NCBI GenBank assembly: GCA_031372705.1
Contig: JANMLV010000097.1
Coordinates: forward strand, 8,316-72,315
Reading direction: 5' to 3'
Source: Bacteroidota bacterium
GTDB taxonomy: Bacteria; Bacteroidota; Bacteroidia; Chitinophagales; BACL12
Length of the DNA stretch: 64,000 bases
Shown here: piece after piece, positions 37,301 to 47,615 of the stretch
Layout: every line of letters starts with the position of its first letter
Numbering within the stretch: the first letter of the stretch is position 1
Program-made: the position numbers and the translations under genes
The notes under the pieces: model-generated
Told to the model about the DNA's origin: nothing
The model's database searches: none
Seen by the model: the letters and a program-made list of their open reading frames with translations, nothing else

Positions 37301-37640
37301 CCGGAAGTATAATTTCGAGCACTTCCTCTATCTTTTTATCGCGGTCTTTCCGAAGTGCATCAATCTGCTTGTATATATCATCTTTGCGATCTACATCGGT
37401 TAGCAAGGGATCATCGCCTTCCACTTTCAAGGCCTCAATTTCAGCATCTATTCCGGCCAAATGTTCTTTAATTCGCTGCTTAAACTCAACTGTTTTATTG
37501 CGTAGTTGATCGTTCGACAATGATGGCAGTTTAGCATATTCTGCTTTTACTTGCTCAACAATCGGCATTATAGCCTTTACATCTTTCTCGTATTTATTGC
37601 CTCCAAATAACTTTGAAAGCACGCTTGATATTAAACTCAT
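34323..37640 (-). CDS. secA: Preprotein translocase ATPase SecA
   Basis: DEAD-like motor motifs ([39 protein letters not shown]) and a C-terminal zinc finger [14 protein letters not shown]. Confidence 0.95.
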   Translation of the reverse strand: [1105 protein letters not shown]

Positions 37641-37700
37641 ATATATATTTCCTCAATTAAAAGAATACACATTCGCAAAATTCGTTCCGTGCATTTGCCG

Positions 37701-37708
37701 CAAAGATA
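37701..37708 (-). promoter_or_regulatory. Possible -7 box for secA
   Basis: The plus strand reads CAAAGATA, which is TATCTTTG on the minus strand, about 60 nt upstream of the ATG at 37640. Confidence 0.4.
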
Positions 37709-37813
37709 AGGATTGCAGCGGCTAGCGGTATATTTTATTGCAGCATTTGCCCTAAAAACGCTGAAAATAGCCGCAAATGTTCATTTGTATTAGCTTTACA
37801 ACGATTTTCATCC

Positions 37814-40291
37814 ATGTCGTATCCAGTAAAAGATATTGTTGCCATACTCAACTGCCGGGGACAAATTGTCAGCCCGAATGCAATTATTGAGCATTTATTG
37901 ACAGATTCGCGCAACATCACTTTTGGCGAACAATCGCTTTTTATTGCCATTTCGGGCAAGCAGCACGATGGCCACCTTTACCTAGAGGATGCCTACAAAG
38001 GAGGTGTGCGTTCATTCTTGGTCGAAAAAATGCCCTTACTTGCCCATCCCGATGCCAATTATCTCCTCGCTGACAACAGTTTAAGCGCATTACAGGCCTT
38101 AGCTGCCCACCACAGGAGCAATTTTAACATTCCGGTTATCGGAATTACAGGCAGCAACGGTAAAACTATAGTGAAAGAATGGCTAAACCACTTGTTAAAA
38201 ATCGATTTCGACATTATTAGGAGCCCAAAAAGCTATAATTCTCAATTAGGAGTGCCGCTAAGTGTTTGGGAGATGGACAAACAACACGAAATGGCCATTT
38301 TTGAAGCCGGAATCTCATTGCCCGGCGAAATGGAACTGTTGGAAAAAATTATTCGTCCAACCTTAGGCATAATCACTAATATATTAAATGCTCATAATGA
38401 AGGATTTCTCGATAAAAAGCAAAAAACTGCTGAGAAATTGAAATTATTCGTGGCAGCCCAAACCATTATTTATTGCAAAGATCAATATGACATTAATACC
38501 TTATTACAAAATAATAGTAATGTATGTTCTTGGTCTACAAATATGGATAGCAATGCAGATGTTGTTGTAAGTGATATTGAGCAGCTTTCCGACAAAACAT
38601 TATTTACAATTTTATATGGCAACAATCCTTATCATTTTGCCATTCCGTTTGCTGATGACGCTTCGCTGGAAAATGCCATTCATGCCATTGTAACGGCAAT
38701 ATATTTATTGGACAGCAAACAACAACTTAACGACGAATCCATCGAAAGAATTACAACGCAGGCACAAGAATTACCTGTTGTAAGTATGCGTTTAGAATTA
38801 AAAAAAGGAATTAACAATTGCACATTAATTAACGATGCTTACAGTGCCGATATCGCATCGTTAGAAATTGCTTTGCGATTTATGCATCATCATGCCGATG
38901 GCTTAAATAAAACAGTTGTAATAAGTGATTTCGATGAAAGTGGTGAAAAAGAACCGGATTTATATGCACGTGTTGCTGAATTATTAAAGGCACATGGTGT
39001 TAAAACTATTATAGGTATTGGTACTGCATTAATAAATAATCAAGAAATATTTAAGTCGTTTACAACGCATCTTTTTCCCGATACCGATTCTTGTTTGAGT
39101 CAATTTAACAGATACCAATTTGAAAATGAAATTATACTTATAAAAGGGGCACGACGTTTTCAGCTGGAAAAAATCGGGAACCAATTAACATTAAAAACGC
39201 ATGGCACAGTACTGCGAATAAATTTGAATAATCTGGCGCATAATTTAAATATGTATCGCAGCTTGTTAAATCCCGGCGTTAAAACAATGGCAATGGTAAA
39301 GGCATTTAGTTATGGCAGCGGACAAGCTGAAATAGCAAGGCTTTTAGCCAATCAGCGTGTTAATTATTTAGCAGTTGCTTATGCCGATGAAGGCGCAGAT
39401 TTGCGGCGACAAGGCATACGTTTACCCATTATGGTAATGAATCCCGAACCGGAAACATTTGACCAACTGAAGCAGTTTCACTTAGAACCGGAAATTTACA
39501 GTATCGATATTTTAAATACATTTATTCGAACAATTGGAAATTCGACAGCAACCATACATCTTAAAATTGATACCGGTATGCATCGACTTGGTTTCGAATT
39601 AAAAGATATTGATAGTTTATTAAATATTTTAAACAATAATAAGCATATTCATATTGCAAGTATATTTTCACATCTTGCAGGAGCCGATGAAATAAAACAC
39701 GATACATTTTCACAGGAACAAATTACATTATTTCAAAACATAGCTGATACTATTATTAATTCGTTGGGCTATCAACCGTTGCGACATATTTTAAATTCAC
39801 CCGGAATTAGCCGATTTAAAAATGCGCAATTCGATATGGTGCGTTTAGGTATTGGATTATATGGCGTTGACCCATCAACTGTGTTGCAAAATAAATTAAT
39901 GCCTGTAGGTGCTTTACAAACTAACATTGCACAAATTCACGATGTAAAAGCCGGCGAAAGTGTTGGGTACAGCCGCTCTTTTATTGCCGATAAAAATATG
40001 CGCATTGCAACCATTAATATTGGTTACGCAGATGGATTTTCACGAAGAATGAGTAATGGTGTCGGCAAAGTTTGGATTAACGGAAAATCGGCTCCCGTAA
40101 TTGGTCGTGTTTGCATGGATATGAGTATGATAGATATCAGTACAATTCCAAATATTAAAATTGGCGATCAAGTTGAAGTATTTGGCGAACATATTGACAT
40201 ATCCGCTTACGCTTCACTTCAAGAAACAATTCCCTATGAAGTAATGACAGGCATTTCTCAACGCGTGAAACGAGTTTACGAATTGGAGTAA
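37814..40291 (+). CDS. Bifunctional MurF-like UDP-MurNAc-peptide ligase / alanine racemase fusion
   Basis: The N-terminal Mur ligase domain has GITGSNGKT. The C-terminal half has alanine racemase motifs (AMVKAFSYGSG with the PLP lysine context, VGYS, RVCMDM). Confidence 0.85.
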   Translation: MSYPVKDIVAILNCRGQIVSPNAIIEHLLTDSRNITFGEQSLFIAISGKQHDGHLYLEDAYKGGVRSFLVEKMPLLAHPDANYLLADNSLSALQALAAHHRSNFNIPVIGITGSNGKTIVKEWLNHLLKIDFDIIRSPKSYNSQLGVPLSVWEMDKQHEMAIFEAGISLPGEMELLEKIIRPTLGIITNILNAHNEGFLDKKQKTAEKLKLFVAAQTIIYCKDQYDINTLLQNNSNVCSWSTNMDSNADVVVSDIEQLSDKTLFTILYGNNPYHFAIPFADDASLENAIHAIVTAIYLLDSKQQLNDESIERITTQAQELPVVSMRLELKKGINNCTLINDAYSADIASLEIALRFMHHHADGLNKTVVISDFDESGEKEPDLYARVAELLKAHGVKTIIGIGTALINNQEIFKSFTTHLFPDTDSCLSQFNRYQFENEIILIKGARRFQLEKIGNQLTLKTHGTVLRINLNNLAHNLNMYRSLLNPGVKTMAMVKAFSYGSGQAEIARLLANQRVNYLAVAYADEGADLRRQGIRLPIMVMNPEPETFDQLKQFHLEPEIYSIDILNTFIRTIGNSTATIHLKIDTGMHRLGFELKDIDSLLNILNNNKHIHIASIFSHLAGADEIKHDTFSQEQITLFQNIADTIINSLGYQPLRHILNSPGISRFKNAQFDMVRLGIGLYGVDPSTVLQNKLMPVGALQTNIAQIHDVKAGESVGYSRSFIADKNMRIATINIGYADGFSRRMSNGVGKVWINGKSAPVIGRVCMDMSMIDISTIPNIKIGDQVEVFGEHIDISAYASLQETIPYEVMTGISQRVKRVYELE

Positions 40292-40554
40292 ATGTAAATC
40301 GACGGACTGTTGGGTATTTGGACACCCACATTAACCGCTTCAAGCGTCAGCGCAAAGTAAAATATTTGATTTTAGACCGTTGCTGCGCACAAAAGGAGTT
40401 AAAATTTGTTTCTAGGTCGATATAAATGTCACATTTTGACTAAAATTCCCTATTTTTAAGTGGGCATAGTATCGAAAATCGCCAAATTTTGTCGTTTTTG
40501 TTTCCGACTTAAAGCAGTTTCTTTACCATGCACACCCCATAATTAACCAAAATC

Positions 40555-43500
40555 GTGAATCTGCGCGTTACTAAAATATTGCTCCTCCTTACAATGTCGC
40601 TTGCGACGTTTTGGCCGAATTCGGTTGCGGCACAAGAGCAATCTGTGCAGTATGCACAACCAATAAAATTTATAGAAAATAAAAATCAATGGGCCGATAA
40701 TATACTTTATCGCACAGAAGCAGGCTATTCAAAAATTTATTTGGAGCAACATAAAATCACATTTGATTTAGTAAACGCTGACGACATGCATGCAATTGAA
40801 CATCCGCATGCGGCCTCAGAAAAAAGCGATGGTACAATTCGGCATCATGCCTATAGCATGATATTCGATGGCGCAAACCCGAACGTTAAACTTACCCGCG
40901 ATAAACAGAGTCGTGAATATTATAATTATTTACATGGTAACGATGCCAACAAATGGGTATCGTATGTATATGGATTTGGTGAAGTACGTTATAAACAATT
41001 ATACACCGGTATCGATTTAAAATTATACAGCTCAGGTGAAAATATTAAATATGATTTTATTGTTCGTCCGGGTGCCGATATAGGTCAAATTAAAATTAAA
41101 TACGAAGGCACCGACGGGCTTGAATTAAAAGATGGCAATTTAATTGTAAATAATTCTGTTAATACGATAACAGAATCAAAGCCCTATGCCTATCAATATA
41201 AAAATGGCGTTTTAGTTGCTATTAATTGTGAATATGTTTTAACCAACAATATTGTTTCATATACATTTCCTGATGGTTATAATAAAAACTTGGAATTATA
41301 TATTGACCCATTACTAGTTTTTTGTTCTTACACCGGCTCTGCCTCTGACAACTGGGGATACACTGCAACTAACGATGATGACGGCAATTTATTTGGCGGT
41401 GGAATTGTTTTCGGATTCGGGTATCCAACTACGGTTGGTGCATTTGCCACAACGTATCAGGGAGGTGAAGAAGATATAGGCATTTCTAAATTCAGCGCTG
41501 ATGGTAGCAGTTTAATTTACAGCACCTATTTAGGTGGCAATAATAGCGAATTGCCGCATAGTATGATTGCCAATGCAGCCGGTGAATTAATTATTATGGG
41601 CACTACGGGTTCATTAGATTTTCCTGTTACGGCAACAGCTTACGACGATACTTACAATGGTGGACCATTTACACTTGTTGATGGCTTTATTAATTTTTCG
41701 AACGGTGCCGATATATTTGTTTCTAAACTTTCTGCCGATGGTGCTTCTATGATTGGCACAACATTTATTGGTGGTTCAGGGCTCGACGGTATGAATATGG
41801 CCGGCGGATTTTCTACATTTTATAATTATGGTGATTTTGCACGCGGTGAAGTAATGATTGATGATGCAGATAATATTTATGTTGCCAGTTGCACCAATTC
41901 TTCAAATTTCCCTACAACACCCGGCGCATTTCAAACAACATTATCGGGCGATCAAGAAGGGGTTATATTTAAATTAAATTCCGATTTATCTACTTTAATT
42001 TGGAGTTCATTTATTGGTGGAGATCAGGAAGATGGCGCATATTCAATTAAATTAAATTCAGATAACGAACCAATTGTGGGTGGAGGAACAGCAAGTAATG
42101 ATTTCCCAACAACACCCGGAACTTGGCATTCAACTTATGTTGGCGGTGTATGCGATGGCTGGGTTGCACGAATTGCAGCAGATGGTTCATCTATAATTAC
42201 CGGCACTTATGTGGGAACAACTAGTTATGACCAAGTGTTTTTTGTAGAAATTGATGACGATGATAATATTTATTTCACCGGACAAACTAAAGGAACCTAC
42301 ACCGTTACACCCGGTGTATATTCTGAAACGGGAGGGAAACAATTTATCACAAAAATAAATCCTGATTTAACTTCTGTTACATGGTCAACTATTTTTGGAT
42401 CCGGTGCGTCGGCAATTAATATTTCACCAAGTGCGTTTTTAGTTGATGAATGTGAAAATGTTTATGTTTCCGGTTGGGGCGGCTCAGTTAATCAACTGCA
42501 TAATTTCGCAACCGGAGTTACATCAGGAATGACTGTTACACCTGATGCATTGCAGGCAACTACAGATGGCAGTGATTTTTATTTCTTTGTATTATCAAAA
42601 AATGCCATCGACCTTTTATTCGCAAGTTTCTTTGGGGGTGGAAGTACACAAGAACACGTTGATGGCGGAACTAGCCGCTTCGATAAAGAAGGAGCAATAT
42701 ACCAAGCAGTGTGCGCAGGTTGCGGAGGAAGTGATGCATTTCCAACAACTGCCGGTGCATACAGCGAAACAAACGGCAGTTTTAATTGTAATCTCGGCGT
42801 AATTAAAATTAGTTTCAACCTTGCCGGAATTTATGCAGCAGCCATTGCTGAACCATCACTTATTGGTTGTGCTCCCTTTGATGTTGTATTCGATAATACC
42901 AGCACCGGAGCAGTTGATTATATTTGGGATTTTGGTGATGGCAGTCCAACCACTACTGCATTTGAACCTTCACATACATATATTAACGAAGGCATTTACG
43001 AAGTAATGTTAGTTGCTATCGATTCCAATTCTTGTAACCTTGCCGATACTGCTTATTTATCGGTTACCGTTTTAAGTGATAGTATTAGTGCTGAATTTAA
43101 TTATACTTCAATAGAAAGTTGTGATAGTTTATTTACAACATTCAGTTTAATTAGCACATTTTCACCTACAACAACTTATACTTGGAATTTTGGCGATGGC
43201 ACCACTTCAACATTATCAAATCCATCGCACGCCTATTTAACGCCGGGTGAATATACAGTGAGTTTAATAATTGAAGACCCGGGAAGTTGCAATGGAATTG
43301 ACACCTTCGAATTAACAATTACTTATTTATTTGAATTCAACGAAGGATTCGAATTTGAAGCACTTGGATGCCTTCCAATAGAAGCAACATTTACGGCAAA
43401 TTATGTTGGTGAAAGTTCTTTAACTTGGGATTTTGGTGATGGAACTTCCGACACCGGCGCTGCAACAAGTCATGTTTATGATATTGCAGGCACTTATAAC

Positions 43501-44082
43501 GTTTCATTAATTGCCGAAAATTGCGGCGTATTAGATACCGTAACTATTCCTGTAATTATCGACGATTTGCCTATCTCATATTTCGATGACGACCCGTATT
43601 ATATTATTGCAGATACTTGGGTTGGATTTACCAATTTAAGTGAAAATGCAGTAACTTATCTATGGGAATTTAGCGATGGCGGAACCACAACTGCTGTAAA
43701 TGGCGCACATGTTTTTGAAGAATTAGGCAACTATGAAGTTTGCTTAACTGCATATAATTACAATGGTTGCCCTGATACCTATTGCCGAACCGTGCAAGCT
43801 GAAGATGCCGGTGTTATTGATATCCCCACCGCTTTTACACCTGATGGTGATGGCGTTAACGACGTGCTTTATGTAAAAGGATTCGGCATTGATGATATGC
43901 AATTATTAATTTTTAATCGTTGGGGAGAATTAGTTTTTGAAACAAGCGATTATCGTATTGGATGGGATGGCACTTACAGAGGTAAATTACAACCTATGGA
44001 AGTGTATGTTTATTCATTAACGGGCAGCTTTGCAGATAATGTTTTAATCGAGAAAAAAGGAAATATTACTTTATTGCGATGA
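40555..44082 (+). CDS. Large T9SS cargo protein: beta-propeller (SBBP-like) repeats, PKD domains and a type B (gliding-associated) C-terminal domain
   Basis: Signal peptide. Repeated FPTTPGAFQ / GG..D.A motifs. Five W(D/N/E)FGDG PKD-like cores (one diverged to WEFSDG). C-terminal IPTAFTPDGDGVNDVLYVKG...IFNRWGELVFE...GWDG. Confidence 0.8.
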   Translation: MNLRVTKILLLLTMSLATFWPNSVAAQEQSVQYAQPIKFIENKNQWADNILYRTEAGYSKIYLEQHKITFDLVNADDMHAIEHPHAASEKSDGTIRHHAYSMIFDGANPNVKLTRDKQSREYYNYLHGNDANKWVSYVYGFGEVRYKQLYTGIDLKLYSSGENIKYDFIVRPGADIGQIKIKYEGTDGLELKDGNLIVNNSVNTITESKPYAYQYKNGVLVAINCEYVLTNNIVSYTFPDGYNKNLELYIDPLLVFCSYTGSASDNWGYTATNDDDGNLFGGGIVFGFGYPTTVGAFATTYQGGEEDIGISKFSADGSSLIYSTYLGGNNSELPHSMIANAAGELIIMGTTGSLDFPVTATAYDDTYNGGPFTLVDGFINFSNGADIFVSKLSADGASMIGTTFIGGSGLDGMNMAGGFSTFYNYGDFARGEVMIDDADNIYVASCTNSSNFPTTPGAFQTTLSGDQEGVIFKLNSDLSTLIWSSFIGGDQEDGAYSIKLNSDNEPIVGGGTASNDFPTTPGTWHSTYVGGVCDGWVARIAADGSSIITGTYVGTTSYDQVFFVEIDDDDNIYFTGQTKGTYTVTPGVYSETGGKQFITKINPDLTSVTWSTIFGSGASAINISPSAFLVDECENVYVSGWGGSVNQLHNFATGVTSGMTVTPDALQATTDGSDFYFFVLSKNAIDLLFASFFGGGSTQEHVDGGTSRFDKEGAIYQAVCAGCGGSDAFPTTAGAYSETNGSFNCNLGVIKISFNLAGIYAAAIAEPSLIGCAPFDVVFDNTSTGAVDYIWDFGDGSPTTTAFEPSHTYINEGIYEVMLVAIDSNSCNLADTAYLSVTVLSDSISAEFNYTSIESCDSLFTTFSLISTFSPTTTYTWNFGDGTTSTLSNPSHAYLTPGEYTVSLIIEDPGSCNGIDTFELTITYLFEFNEGFEFEALGCLPIEATFTANYVGESSLTWDFGDGTSDTGAATSHVYDIAGTYNVSLIAENCGVLDTVTIPVIIDDLPISYFDDDPYYIIADTWVGFTNLSENAVTYLWEFSDGGTTTAVNGAHVFEELGNYEVCLTAYNYNGCPDTYCRTVQAEDAGVIDIPTAFTPDGDGVNDVLYVKGFGIDDMQLLIFNRWGELVFETSDYRIGWDGTYRGKLQPMEVYVYSLTGSFADNVLIEKKGNITLLR

Positions 44083-45083
44083 ACAAATTTATCTCCATAT
44101 TATTTTGTTTGATTTGTTCGCAAATAATAAAAGCGCAAGATGTTCATTTTTCGCAATTTTTTGCTGCGCCTTTAATTACAAATCCTGCTAATACAGGAAA
44201 TTTTGACGGAAGCGTAAGAGTAGGATTAAATTACCGCGATCAATGGGGTTCTGTTACTGTTCCTTACAGAACTTTTTCTGCTTATGCCGATGCGGGCATT
44301 CAACCCAAAAAAGCATCAAACAGATTTGGAATTGGCGTTTATGCTTTTAACGACCAAGCGGGTGACGGCGTTTTAAATACGAATAAAATCTTTTTATCAT
44401 CTGCTTATCATATCGGCTATAACGACAATTCTGCATGGCGTTTGGCATTAGGTTTAACAGGTGGTTTTGTGCAAAAAACCGTAGATATTAATAAACTAAC
44501 CTTCGACAGTCAATGGAACGATTTTGAATTTGATGAAGGACTTTCCAACAATGAATTACCAACTACAGATTTATTGGAATATGTAGATATTGGTGCAGGT
44601 GCATTATTAACCATAATGCCTTATGAAGGTGAACGATATATAGTCGGATTTTCGGCTCAACATATTAACGAGCCTCAAGAATCTTTTTTTGATAACAACA
44701 ATACGGTTGGTATAAAATACACTGCCACTGCAGGTGGTTTTTTTGCAGCAGGAGGCATCGCTTCATTTCAACCACAATTATACGTTTCAACACAAAATAG
44801 TGCTTTAGAAATTGTTGCAGGCACTAATGTGAGCATACCAATGAATGCAGAAGACAATCCCTATAATTCAGTTTTTGTTGGTGGATGGTATCGTGTTCAA
44901 GATGCTTTTTGGATTGTAGGAGGTGCACAAATAGATAAGTTAACATTTAGCATGAGTTACGATTTAAATTTATCGAGACTGCGCACTGCAAGTAATACGA
45001 TGGGTGGATTTGAATTAGCGCTAGCTTACATATTTGGCAGCAAAACAAAAAAAGACCCGCTAAAATGTCCGGCTTATCAATAA
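44079..45083 (+). CDS. PorP/SprF family type IX secretion system membrane protein
   Basis: N-terminus AQDVHFSQFFAAPLITNPANTG and a beta-barrel size of about 330 aa. ATGA overlap with the upstream cargo gene. Confidence 0.85.
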   Translation: MNKFISILFCLICSQIIKAQDVHFSQFFAAPLITNPANTGNFDGSVRVGLNYRDQWGSVTVPYRTFSAYADAGIQPKKASNRFGIGVYAFNDQAGDGVLNTNKIFLSSAYHIGYNDNSAWRLALGLTGGFVQKTVDINKLTFDSQWNDFEFDEGLSNNELPTTDLLEYVDIGAGALLTIMPYEGERYIVGFSAQHINEPQESFFDNNNTVGIKYTATAGGFFAAGGIASFQPQLYVSTQNSALEIVAGTNVSIPMNAEDNPYNSVFVGGWYRVQDAFWIVGGAQIDKLTFSMSYDLNLSRLRTASNTMGGFELALAYIFGSKTKKDPLKCPAYQ

Positions 45084-45086
45084 TAT

Positions 45087-46610
45087 TTAATATTGCGCCA
45101 TTGTTTTCATCAATTGTTTAGAAATGGTAAGATGAAAAGCAGTGCCTCTTCCGGCTTTAGATTCTACCCAAATTTCACCGCCATGACGTTCAACAATTTT
45201 CTTACAAATTGCGAGACCAATTCCGGTTCCGCTATATTCTTCTAATGTATGTAAGCGTTGGAAAATAACAAAAATGCGTTGGAAGTATTCTTGGCTGATA
45301 CCAATTCCGTTATCTCTGAAAACCAATTCCCATTTATCTTTTAAATCATTTATGGAGATTACAATTTCGGGCTTTCGTTTTTTTGCTTTAAACTTGATTG
45401 CATTATCAATTAAATTCTGAAATACTTGCGTTAGTTGAATTCTATTGCCATAAACCATAGGTAAATTTTCGGCAATTACCAATGCATCATTCGATTCAAT
45501 CTTATCTTTTAATACACGGCTTACCGTATTAAATATTTCGTTCAAATCTATTTTTTCATACCCTGTATTAAGTCTATTTATACGGCTGTATTCCAATAAA
45601 TCATGAATAAGCGATTGCATGCGCTTTGCACCATCAACAACAAAACCCATAAATTGCTGCGCATCTTCATCAAGTTGAGTTGTATAGCGCCGCTCCAAAA
45701 TTTGTATAAAACTAGTTATGGTGCGCAATGGCTCCTGTAAATCGTGAGAGGCAACATAGGCAAAATGCTCTAGCTCCTGATTAATTTGTGTGAGCTCATT
45801 ATTTTTTTGTTCGAGCGCTTGTTCTGTAATTTTTTTCTTCTCAATATTCTCTACAATGGCAACGGTAATTACAGCATCATCTATATGACTCATAACAGAT
45901 ACTACCGCTTTTCCCCAAAAAGAAATCCCATTTTTGCGCAAGTATTTTATCTCAGTTATATAATGATTAATCTCCTTTGCATAAATGCGCTCCATCCATT
46001 TACGCGAATTATCTGTATCTGCCTGATGAGTAAATTCAAGCACGTTTTTCCCTTTAAGCTCTTCCTCAGTGTAGCCAAGCATTTCAGCAAAAACAGGATT
46101 AACATCTACAATTATTCCCGGACTCTTTGAAATAAGAATTCCCATTGGTGAACTTTCGTAAACTGCCCTGAATTTTTCTTCGCTTTCTACCAGAGCCTTT
46201 TCACTGTTCTTGATATTTTTCTCCTGCTCTTTTATCCTGGTTATATCTCTCCCAATAGCATAAATTTGATTCTTTATTAGATCGGCTTTCGCATCATAAG
46301 AAACGGTTCGCAATTCGCCATCTTTATTTCTTACGCGAATTTGATAATTTGTCATTTCCGACTTCCCCGATTTTATTTCCTCAACTGCCTTGCGCAATTC
46401 AGGCAAATCTTCTTCAAGAATTAAATCCCAACCACCGTTTCCTGCAAACAATTCTTCACGGGTATATCCGGTAATTTTTTCATAGGCATGATTAAAATCT
46501 AAAATTTGTCCGTTAATGTCGGTAATGAGCATAGCATCAACAGAAATTCGAAAAAACAATTCGAAATCTGCCGGATGTGGCGGTCTGTGAGATATTAAAG
46601 GATTACTCAT
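45087..46610 (-). CDS. PAS-domain sensor histidine kinase (two PAS, HisKA, HATPase)
   Basis: H-box ASHDLQEPLR, N-box QVFQNLIDNAIKF and G-box GTGIGLAICKKIVERHGG. Confidence 0.85.
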   Translation of the reverse strand: MSNPLISHRPPHPADFELFFRISVDAMLITDINGQILDFNHAYEKITGYTREELFAGNGGWDLILEEDLPELRKAVEEIKSGKSEMTNYQIRVRNKDGELRTVSYDAKADLIKNQIYAIGRDITRIKEQEKNIKNSEKALVESEEKFRAVYESSPMGILISKSPGIIVDVNPVFAEMLGYTEEELKGKNVLEFTHQADTDNSRKWMERIYAKEINHYITEIKYLRKNGISFWGKAVVSVMSHIDDAVITVAIVENIEKKKITEQALEQKNNELTQINQELEHFAYVASHDLQEPLRTITSFIQILERRYTTQLDEDAQQFMGFVVDGAKRMQSLIHDLLEYSRINRLNTGYEKIDLNEIFNTVSRVLKDKIESNDALVIAENLPMVYGNRIQLTQVFQNLIDNAIKFKAKKRKPEIVISINDLKDKWELVFRDNGIGISQEYFQRIFVIFQRLHTLEEYSGTGIGLAICKKIVERHGGEIWVESKAGRGTAFHLTISKQLMKTMAQY

Positions 46611-46694
46611 TTCTTAGAAACTCCGCTTGCTATTTATTGTATATCAATCAGGAGTAGATAATGTAAATGTACTATAAATATGTCAAATATTCAG

Positions 46695-47606
46695 CTATTC
46701 GCCAATTGTTACCGGTGGCTTAACCGGGCCGCCAAATTTTCGTTGAATAAAAGGATTAACAAAAACAACCAGCAAAATGAGTATGGTTCCAACATAAAAA
46801 CCCGGCTCCAAATGCTCGTTCTCATTAAAAAACACGATTGCCATTATTATTCCGTAAACAGGTTCTAAATTCAATGTAATTGATGCGGTGAATACACTGA
46901 TATGTCGCATACTATACAACGACAAGGTAAATGGCACAACGGTGCATAATCCGGCAAATAAAATTAAATTTACGATATCAATACTCGAAGGAATTAATTG
47001 TAGATTTTCTTGGGTGGAAATATAAAATGGCATAATTGCGGTAAGCAATAAAAACCCGGTTCCAATTTCAATAAATGTGATATTTAATGGCGCTGTTTTA
47101 CCAATCATTTTTTTATTAAACAGCGAAAACAAGGTCGCAAAAAATGTAGATAATAATCCTAAAATAATGCCGTTGGTATAATCGCCCGAAAAGCGGAAGA
47201 CTAAATATATTGCGGGAATTACGAGCACCGCCAAAATTAACTCATACCAAATAAATTTCTTTTTAAACAACAGTGGTTCAAACACTGCCACAAAAAATGA
47301 AGTGGTTGCTAAACAAGTAAGTGCTACAGAAATATTTGCAGCTTTTATAGAGCCATAAAATGTAATCCAGTGACAAGTTACCAGCACGCCAATTCCGGTT
47401 AATTGTAATACTGTTTTTTTATCAATTTGCCGAATGGTTCTCCATAATGCCGGAATAGCCAGCATAATTAAAGCTGTTATGCCCATTCGGTACCATACCA
47501 ACACTGTTTCTTGCAGCGGAATTATTTTACCGAACACAGCAGTAAATCCCCACAAAAAAACACAGAGATGATAAACGAGATAAGCCTTTTTATATTCCGG
47601 GTCCAT
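46695..47606 (-). CDS. EamA/DMT family transporter
   Basis: 10-TM duplicated topology, about 300 aa. Confidence 0.75.
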   Translation of the reverse strand: MDPEYKKAYLVYHLCVFLWGFTAVFGKIIPLQETVLVWYRMGITALIMLAIPALWRTIRQIDKKTVLQLTGIGVLVTCHWITFYGSIKAANISVALTCLATTSFFVAVFEPLLFKKKFIWYELILAVLVIPAIYLVFRFSGDYTNGIILGLLSTFFATLFSLFNKKMIGKTAPLNITFIEIGTGFLLLTAIMPFYISTQENLQLIPSSIDIVNLILFAGLCTVVPFTLSLYSMRHISVFTASITLNLEPVYGIIMAIVFFNENEHLEPGFYVGTILILLVVFVNPFIQRKFGGPVKPPVTIGE

Positions 47607-47615
47607 GCGGCAAAA

